Source: Acidobacteriota bacterium (GTDB taxonomy: Bacteria > Acidobacteriota > Thermoanaerobaculia > UBA5066 > Gp7-AA6). Taken from it: a stretch of 36,389 nucleotides of DNA. The position numbers and the translations under genes are program-made. Positions 15,978 to 22,507 of this stretch are shown one piece after another. The number at the start of each line of letters is the position of its first letter. Position 1 is the first letter of the stretch. The stretch covers positions 1-36,389 of the forward strand of contig JANMPW010000002.1 in NCBI GenBank assembly GCA_031370065.1. Reading direction: 5' to 3'. The notes under the pieces are model-generated. The model searched no databases. It was not told the DNA's origin and saw nothing but the letters and a program-made list of their open reading frames with translations.

Positions 15978-16872
15978 ACAGGTCAGCTCCGAGGTCGAAG
16001 ATCGGGACCTCCGGGAACTCCCGGCGCACCGCCTCGAACATCCTCGCCGCCGGAAGCGGCGGCCGCGCGGGCGCCGTCGGGTTGGCGGTGAGCGCGAGCA
16101 GGCGGGCCCTCCGGCGCACGGCGAGGCGGACGCCCTGCTCCCGCAGCTTCTTCCTCTCTTGAGGCGACAGGAAAATGGCGGTGAAGTCCTCGGCGACGAG
16201 CACGTCTCCGGATTCCGGTGGATTCTCGCCGAGCCAGACTTCCGTCAGCGCGCCTTCCACGCTGCGGACGGGGGCCGTCGGTTCTGCCTTCGGGAGCTGG
16301 ATGAGCTCGACGGCGTCGCGCGCGACCCCGAGCACGGATTCGAGGGATTCGGCCGCTGCCATCCCGACTGACAGGACGATCGCGTCGGCCACGCGCGCGC
16401 AGGCGAAAGCGCGGCGGCCGATCGCCCCGTCGAGGAGCACCATGGCCGCCCCGGCCGATTCGAGCGCAGTGGCCGTCTCGGCCATCTGCGACGCCGTCGA
16501 GGGTCCGATCACCTCGATCTCGCCTTCGCCATGCGCCCGGCGAATCTCGACCGGGCCGAAGCGGGTCGCGAAAGGTAGCGTCGCGACCGGCGAGGTCGGG
16601 AACGACGCGGAAGCATAGGTCGAGGCAGCGGAGGCCACGAGCTGCCCGGGAAAGACTCGAAAGCGCGGCTTCGCTTCGCCCGTGATGGCGTCGAACCTTT
16701 CCCCGTCCCGGCCCGCGGACGTCGTTGCCCCGGCGACACCGGCCCGGTGCAGCTCTGCGAGCACGGCCACGAGCGCCGTGGTCTTTCCAACGTTTTTGGC
16801 GAGCCCGAGGAAGGCGACGCGGCGCGCGCCGGACCGGAGGATCGTTTCGGTGAGCTCGCGGGCGGCGGTCAA
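15958..16872 (-). CDS. P-loop NTPase of unknown function (candidate aminomutase accessory / reactivase ATPase)
   Basis: 304 aa. Walker A is FLGLAKNVGKTTAL near the N-terminus, with a later hydrophobic-Asp segment AMVLLDGAIGRR (Walker-B-like). Its TTG start overlaps the kdd stop (TTGA, 16869-16872). GC3 bias is good. No other domain recognised. Confidence 0.7.
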   Translation of the reverse strand: MTAARELTETILRSGARRVAFLGLAKNVGKTTALVAVLAELHRAGVAGATTSAGRDGERFDAITGEAKPRFRVFPGQLVASAASTYASASFPTSPVATLPFATRFGPVEIRRAHGEGEIEVIGPSTASQMAETATALESAGAAMVLLDGAIGRRAFACARVADAIVLSVGMAAAESLESVLGVARDAVELIQLPKAEPTAPVRSVEGALTEVWLGENPPESGDVLVAEDFTAIFLSPQERKKLREQGVRLAVRRRARLLALTANPTAPARPPLPAARMFEAVRREFPEVPIFDLGADLWSGSSA

Positions 16873-17918
16873 CGCGCGGGGCTTCCCGAGAGGGCCGCGA
16901 AGGCCTGCGCGAGCGCGGCGTGCCGGCGCAAGAGGCCGAGCGCCGCCTCGTCATGGCCGGGGACGAACCCGTTGCCGATCATCAAGGACGTGGGCTTGGC
17001 GAGGCCCTCGGCCCCAAGGGCCGCCGCCGAGAACGAAGTCGCCATGCCGAAGAACAGGACCGTCCCGTCGTCCCGCGCGCAGAGAACGCTCGCGGCTTCG
17101 GTGCCCGAGGCGTTGGCCACGTTGACGACCAGATCGGCCATGCTCCCTCCCGTGGCGGCCTCCACGGCGGACAGCATCGCCACCGCATCCCGGGCGTCGA
17201 TCGCGAAGACCTCGTCCGCGAGACCGAGCGCTCGTGCGCGCTCCGCGGCCCGCGGCGACGGCTCGACGGCCAGGACCTTGCCCTCCGCGCCCACCTTCTC
17301 CCGGGCGGCTGCAAGGCACAGGAGGCCCGCTTTTCCGGTCCCGATGACGACGACGGTCTGGCCGAAACGCGCATCGCGGAGCACGCTCGCGGGCGCACCG
17401 GCCACGTCGAAGGCCGCCAGGGCCACCGCCTCGGAAAAGTCCTCCGGCAGGCACGCGAAGAGCGTCCGCTCGAAGAGGATGGCGGTTCCCGTGACGTCCA
17501 CGCGCTCGGTCTCGACATGGATGTCGCCGATCGTCTCGAGGTGCAACGGCGTCAAGGTCAGTGAAACGAGAGAGGCAATCCTCTCGCCGGGGCGGACACG
17601 GCCCGCCGCGGGATGACGGGGCCCCACGGCGCTCACCTCTCCGAGGAGCATTCCTCCCGAACCGGTCACGGGGTTCTGCATCTTGCCGCGTTCGCCGACG
17701 ATCCGGGCGATCTGCGCGCGGACCGTTTCGCCGGTCGCGGACTCCGTCTCGCGCAGCTGAAGGAACGACGCCGAATCAATGGAAAGTGCGCGGACCGCGA
17801 TGGCCATTTCGTTCTCGAGGGCGCGGGGCGTCGCGTCGAGCCGTCGGGCGACCTGCGGCAGGACGCCGGGAGGGTCGAGGGAACGGTGCAGGCCGAAGGG
17901 ATGCGGGTTCAATGCCAT
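16869..17918 (-). CDS. kdd: L-erythro-3,5-diaminohexanoate dehydrogenase
   Basis: 349 aa. The N-terminus HPFGLHRSLDPPGVLPQVARRLD...LSIDSASFLQL matches my recollection of the Kdd N-terminal signature. A Rossmann motif VVVIGTGKAGLL sits mid-protein. GAGGA lies 6 nt upstream of the ATG. Genomic context is the kam/kce/kal genes. Confidence 0.82.
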   Translation of the reverse strand: MALNPHPFGLHRSLDPPGVLPQVARRLDATPRALENEMAIAVRALSIDSASFLQLRETESATGETVRAQIARIVGERGKMQNPVTGSGGMLLGEVSAVGPRHPAAGRVRPGERIASLVSLTLTPLHLETIGDIHVETERVDVTGTAILFERTLFACLPEDFSEAVALAAFDVAGAPASVLRDARFGQTVVVIGTGKAGLLCLAAAREKVGAEGKVLAVEPSPRAAERARALGLADEVFAIDARDAVAMLSAVEAATGGSMADLVVNVANASGTEAASVLCARDDGTVLFFGMATSFSAAALGAEGLAKPTSLMIGNGFVPGHDEAALGLLRRHAALAQAFAALSGSPAR

Positions 17919-17929
17919 CGAGGTCCTCG

Positions 17930-18733
17930 TCAGGGAAGCAGGGCCACGATGCGCAGGGGACCCCCGGAGCCCCCGGCAATCTTCATGGGAAGGGCGACGA
18001 CCCAGGCGCCCGTTTCCGGAAGCTCGTCCAGGTGTGCGACGTTTTCGAGACCGGGAACGTTCGCGCCGTTTGCAATCTGGTGCACGATGAAATCTTTGGA
18101 GGCGCCGTAGTCGATCGATGCCGTGTCCACGCCGAGCGCGCCGACCTTGCGTTTGCGCACGAGATATTCCGCCGCCTCCTTTCCGTAGGACGGAAAATGC
18201 AGCTTCGAGACGTCTCCGGGCGTGTCGTCTCCGAGGTAGGTCTTCTTGTCCGGCCAGCGCGCACTCCAGCCCGTCTCGAGGAGCACGATCGTGCCAGGGG
18301 TGATCGTCCCATGACGGCGTTCCCAGTCCCGAACGTCCTCGAGGGTGAGCCGGTAGTCCGGGTCGGCTGCGGTCTTCTTCCGAATGTCGATCACGGCAGC
18401 CGGAGCGATGAGCTGGCGGACGGGGATGCGGTCGGCGGTCAGGCCATCCTTGGCAAAGTGGATCGGCGCGTCGAGGTGCGTCCCTCCATGCTCCGGTGTG
18501 CAGAATGTGTTCGACGAATAGAACCAGCCTCCGGGCGTCTGGCCATACGCCTGCGACCTGAGCTCGAAGGCCGAGGGGGAGTTCGGCCAGTAGATCGTCT
18601 TCTCATCGAAGGCGTGCGTCAGGTCGACGACCCTCGCCGTCGCGAGGTCCGGAGCCTTCGAACCCTGGGCCGCGCTCTCGTGGGCACCGAGAAGGGAGCA
18701 GAGCACTCCCGCTGTAAGCGTCGATTGCCGCAT
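17930..18733 (-). CDS. cyclase-family protein (kynurenine formamidase-like metal amidohydrolase fold) with signal peptide
   Basis: The HGGTHLDAPIHF motif (HxGTHxDxPxH) is typical of the putative-cyclase/arylformamidase family. N-terminus MRQSTLTAGVLCSLLGAHESAAQG looks like a Sec signal. Its stop is only 11 nt upstream of the kdd ATG. Confidence 0.85.
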   Translation of the reverse strand: MRQSTLTAGVLCSLLGAHESAAQGSKAPDLATARVVDLTHAFDEKTIYWPNSPSAFELRSQAYGQTPGGWFYSSNTFCTPEHGGTHLDAPIHFAKDGLTADRIPVRQLIAPAAVIDIRKKTAADPDYRLTLEDVRDWERRHGTITPGTIVLLETGWSARWPDKKTYLGDDTPGDVSKLHFPSYGKEAAEYLVRKRKVGALGVDTASIDYGASKDFIVHQIANGANVPGLENVAHLDELPETGAWVVALPMKIAGGSGGPLRIVALLP

Positions 18734-18876
18734 GGGCCCCTCCTATTCTTCCGCCACGCCGCGGGCTGGGGAAGGGCTGGTCGACGCGACCTCTTCGACC
18801 GAGAGGCTGCGCGATTTTGCTTCCACCTTCTCTTTCCGCTTGGGATGCATCGCGAGCCCGGATATTTTCACGGATC

Positions 18877-19875
18877 ATGACAGCCGTCGAGCGTTCGGAC
18901 GAGGCCTGGCCGATTTCCTTCGCAGACGTCCTCGCCGCAGAGGCCCGCATCCGCCCCCTGATCGCTCCGACACCTCTGCGCCGCTACGCCTCGCTCGACG
19001 CAGCGGTCGGGCGCGGCATCTCCGTGTGGGTCAAGCACGAGAACCAGGCACCGACGAACTCCTTCAAGATCCGCAACGCCCTGTCGGCCGTCACGCTCCT
19101 GTCGGAGCAAGAGCGGCGCCGGGGCATCGTGGCGGCCACGCGCGGCAATCACGGCCTCGGCGTGGCCTGCGCCGGCGCCCTTTATGGCGCCCCCGTCACG
19201 ATCTGCGTTCCGCGGGGCAACAACCCGGAGAAAAACGAGGGGATGCGCGGTTACGGGGCGACCCTGATCGAGGAGGGCCGGGACTACGATGAGTCCGTGG
19301 CGGTCGCCGAACGGCTCGTGCGCGAGCGCGGCCTGAGCCTGATCCACTCCACGAACGACGCACGCGTGCTGGCTGGCGCCGCGACGGTGACGCTCGAGAT
19401 GCTGCGCGAGATTCCCGAGCTCGATGCCCTCGTCGTGAGCGTGGGCGGCGGTTCCCAGGCGGTGGGCGCCCTCACGGTCGCGCGGACGCTCCGCCCCTCC
19501 CTGCCGGTCTACGGCGTCCAGGCGGCGGGGGCCTCGGCCGCGCACGACTCGTGGCACGCCGGCAAGCCCGTGCCAAAGGATTCGGCGGACACGTTTGCGG
19601 ACGGCCTCGCCACGCGCAGCGTCTATGCGATGACGTTCGGGCCCATGCAGCGGGGCCTCGCGGAATTCGTGACGGTGACCGACGCCGGGATCGCAGAGGC
19701 GGTCCGCGTGCTTCTGCGAACCACCCACAATCTGGCCGAGGGAGCCGGCGCCGCCGGCCTCGCCGGCGTTCTGGCCCTCGTGGATCGGCTGGCGGGCAAG
19801 CGGGTCGGGATCATTCTCTCGGGAGGCAACATCGACCGCACGACGCTCGCACGAGTCCTCAACGGGGAGTTATGA
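18877..19875 (+). CDS. PLP-dependent serine/threonine dehydratase-family enzyme (Trp-synthase beta-like fold)
   Basis: From ATG 18877: IRPLIAPTPL, HENQAPTNSFKIRNA (PLP-lysine motif SFK), GIVAATRGNHGLGVACAG, VSVGGGSQAVG. Exact substrate (threonine, serine, hydroxyaspartate or racemase) cannot be told from sequence alone. Confidence 0.85.
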   Translation: MTAVERSDEAWPISFADVLAAEARIRPLIAPTPLRRYASLDAAVGRGISVWVKHENQAPTNSFKIRNALSAVTLLSEQERRRGIVAATRGNHGLGVACAGALYGAPVTICVPRGNNPEKNEGMRGYGATLIEEGRDYDESVAVAERLVRERGLSLIHSTNDARVLAGAATVTLEMLREIPELDALVVSVGGGSQAVGALTVARTLRPSLPVYGVQAAGASAAHDSWHAGKPVPKDSADTFADGLATRSVYAMTFGPMQRGLAEFVTVTDAGIAEAVRVLLRTTHNLAEGAGAAGLAGVLALVDRLAGKRVGIILSGGNIDRTTLARVLNGEL

Positions 19876-19930
19876 TGGGCGGCGTCAACCGGGCGCCCGC
19901 TCGCGTCGTCAGATCAAACGGAGGACACAG

Positions 19931-20230
19931 ATGAACCGAAGGATCCTGGCCTCGCTCGCACTGGCCGGCGCTCTTGTGGCGAGCGCGCCGCTCGCGGCGC
20001 TTCCGGTCTACGTGAAAATCGCTCCGCCTGCGCCGCGGGTCGAAGCGAAGGCCGTCGCGCCGGGTAAGGGCTATTTCTGGATCGGGGGATACCACCGCTG
20101 GAGCGGGACAGCGTACGTCTGGGTGCCGGGCCGTTGGGCGCTGCCGTCGCACCCCGGCGCCGTCTGGGTCCCGGGACACTGGAAGAGCACTCGCCACGGC
20201 TGGGTCTGGAAGGCCGGACGCTGGCGCTGA
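19931..20230 (+). CDS. small secreted YXWGXW/WxxGxW-repeat protein
   Basis: 99 aa. Signal is MNRRILASLALAGALVASAPLAA. Repeats follow: GYFWIGGYHRW, YVWVPGRW, AVWVPGHW, HGWVWKAGRW. GGAGGA lies upstream of the ATG. Confidence 0.75.
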   Translation: MNRRILASLALAGALVASAPLAALPVYVKIAPPAPRVEAKAVAPGKGYFWIGGYHRWSGTAYVWVPGRWALPSHPGAVWVPGHWKSTRHGWVWKAGRWR

Positions 20231-20248
20231 TCTGGCGGGGCAGGGGTT

Positions 20249-22474
20249 TCACCAGACGATGAGCCCGTCTTTCGCCTGCTTTTCGAGGAACTTCTCGACA
20301 AGGGCCGGCGTCGCTTCGCCGTAGTACCACCAGCCGGCCGAAAGCGCCTCGGAACAGACGCGCCGCGCGATGTCGGCGGCGTTGGTCTTGCCGTCGATCC
20401 AATTCATCGCCTCGGTGGCCATCAGGGCAGAGAGCGCCGGGCCGTCCTCGTCGTCGCTCGGTGTCTTCGCTTTCGCGGGCGTCTCTCCTGCCTTGCGCAG
20501 CTTTTCCGCGCGCTCCTTCTCGTCGCGCCGCACGCGGCGTTCGGTCCGACGCTTCTCGGACACCCGTACCTCCAGGGCCATCCAGGTGTCGAGCGTCGCG
20601 GCGGCGAGCCGGGGGATGCGCTGTGAGAGGCGCTCGAGGGTCACGTCCGGTGGTGTCGTCGGAGCGTTCCCGAGGCGTTGCTTCAGCGAGCCGGCGACGA
20701 CCCGCAACATGGCGGTGCGATCTGCGATTGCCGCGGCCCCGACGGGATCCGGCGTGGCAATCGCGCCCGAGGACTCCACGGCGGCGATCTCCTTTGCGAG
20801 CGCGACGTCGAGGAGGCTTGCCGCCGCGCGGCGGCGCTCGTCGTCGGTCCCCTTTCCGGCTGCAATCCAGGCCTGCGCCGTTGCGAGGTCGCGCCCGAGG
20901 CGCTCGACCCCGCGCGCCGCGACGAACACGGCGAGGCCGGACACGTCGCCCGCGTCCGCCGTGGCGAGCCACCACGCGGTCGCCGCGACGACGAAGGCGT
21001 TGCGCTTCAACTGCGTCGGGTCGATCTGCCAGAGGTCGTCGGAAGACGAATGGATGTTTTCGTCGGGCCAGTTGGTGAGCGTCGTTCCCGCAACGCCCAC
21101 CCAGGAGTCGTTGAAGACGAGGTGGTCGGTCGAGTCGAAGTAGGGGACAGCCTCCGCGTGAAAGGGCTCGCGCGTGCCGAGGCGGGAGAAAATCGGCTTC
21201 GAGAAGGCCACCCCGGGCGGGATGGAATCGGACTGCCAGGCGGGCAGGTAGGCGTTGTTGCCCTTGACCACCGCGTCGAGGACGCTCTCCTCGACGTCGG
21301 AAAGGTAGGACGGCCGCGACCACGGCGTGCGGGCCATGAACTGCGTGCGAAACCCGACGGACTGCTTCGCGCCGACCATGTCCTGATTGAGGTCGACGAG
21401 GATCTTATTCTCGTCGCCAGGGTGGTCGGCGAAGTACCGGTACTCGGAGTAGATCTCGTCGCACCACCAGAATCGGATCCCGCGGCGGGGTTTGGGCAGC
21501 TTGCCCTCGGCGATCAAGCGCGTCAGCGTCCGGCCGATCTCGAGCATGCTCGCGACCCCGGACTGGTTGTCGTTGGCCGAGAACTTCTCCTCCTGGAGAT
21601 GGCTCGTGAGCACGATCTCGGGCAGGGAGGGGTCGGTCCCCGGGATCCGCGCCTCGACCATCGCGGTCTTCTTCTCCGGAAGAACGGACGACTCGACGAC
21701 GATCCGGACGCGCAACGGCACCGAGGACCCCGGCCCGGAGCCTCCCCACCGGTGGGAGACTTCGCCGCGAAGCAGGTTCGAGAGGGCCTTGCCCTGGCGC
21801 GCCGAAAGGATGAAAGCGAACGTCGTCTTCTCGCCGTGAGGGCCGTCCTCGGCCGGGACGCCCTGCCACGCGATCTGGTCCGGCGCATCGGCCAGCGGGT
21901 TCAGGCGCGTGGAGGAGTAGGCCAGGATTCCCGCGGCGCCGCGTTTCCAGACCGCCTGCTCCATCACGGCCGCCGGCGGCCCGTAAGCAAGAACGACCCT
22001 GCCCCGGACGTTCTTCCCCTCGTAGTCGGAGGCTCCTTCCCCGGCGCCCACGTCCACGAGCTCGGCCGTGACGTCCGCCGGGCGGGAGTTGTCGGCGATC
22101 GAGGTGGCGACCTCGGCGTAGGACCCCAGGCGCGTTTCCTTCGCCGCCGCGCCTTCGCCCTCGAGCAGCCACGCGTCGGCCCGGTGGCAGGTCCACGAGG
22201 GCGCCTCAGCGACCTGATCGATCCAGCGGACATCGCTCAAGCCCGCAGCCTTCGCCTTCTCCTCGACGTAGCGCGCGACGGCGAAGAATCCCTCGGATCC
22301 CGAGGGTTTGTGCCACTGCGTCGTGATCCGCAGCGTCTCGAACGCGAGGTCGCCAGAGAGCTCGTTGACGAGGAGCCGCTCCGTCCGTTCAGCGACGAAG
22401 GGGGAGGACTGGGCGAGGAGCAGGGATGTGGTGAGGCACCCGAGGGCGCCAAGGGCCATCTTGAGCATATTCAC
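20249..22474 (-). CDS. secreted M28-family metallopeptidase-like protein (large, multi-domain)
   Basis: 741 aa. Signal is MNMLKMALGALGCLTTSLLLAQS. The central SANDNQSGVASMLEIGRTL motif is typical of M28/aminopeptidase-like domains, with a PA-like insert upstream. The C-terminal roughly 250 aa are not recognised. Confidence 0.78.
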   Translation of the reverse strand: MNMLKMALGALGCLTTSLLLAQSSPFVAERTERLLVNELSGDLAFETLRITTQWHKPSGSEGFFAVARYVEEKAKAAGLSDVRWIDQVAEAPSWTCHRADAWLLEGEGAAAKETRLGSYAEVATSIADNSRPADVTAELVDVGAGEGASDYEGKNVRGRVVLAYGPPAAVMEQAVWKRGAAGILAYSSTRLNPLADAPDQIAWQGVPAEDGPHGEKTTFAFILSARQGKALSNLLRGEVSHRWGGSGPGSSVPLRVRIVVESSVLPEKKTAMVEARIPGTDPSLPEIVLTSHLQEEKFSANDNQSGVASMLEIGRTLTRLIAEGKLPKPRRGIRFWWCDEIYSEYRYFADHPGDENKILVDLNQDMVGAKQSVGFRTQFMARTPWSRPSYLSDVEESVLDAVVKGNNAYLPAWQSDSIPPGVAFSKPIFSRLGTREPFHAEAVPYFDSTDHLVFNDSWVGVAGTTLTNWPDENIHSSSDDLWQIDPTQLKRNAFVVAATAWWLATADAGDVSGLAVFVAARGVERLGRDLATAQAWIAAGKGTDDERRRAAASLLDVALAKEIAAVESSGAIATPDPVGAAAIADRTAMLRVVAGSLKQRLGNAPTTPPDVTLERLSQRIPRLAAATLDTWMALEVRVSEKRRTERRVRRDEKERAEKLRKAGETPAKAKTPSDDEDGPALSALMATEAMNWIDGKTNAADIARRVCSEALSAGWWYYGEATPALVEKFLEKQAKDGLIVW

Positions 22475-22507
22475 TCCATCTCGTTGGCCGCGAACTCTAT
22501 CGCAGCG

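Noticed and set aside
18734-18876. Possible cobalamin or lysine riboswitch upstream of the kam operon
   Set aside because: The divergent spacer is only 143 bp. I could not find a B12-box-like element or the conserved lysine-riboswitch helices by eye. A covariance-model scan (Rfam/Infernal) would be needed to exclude it formally.
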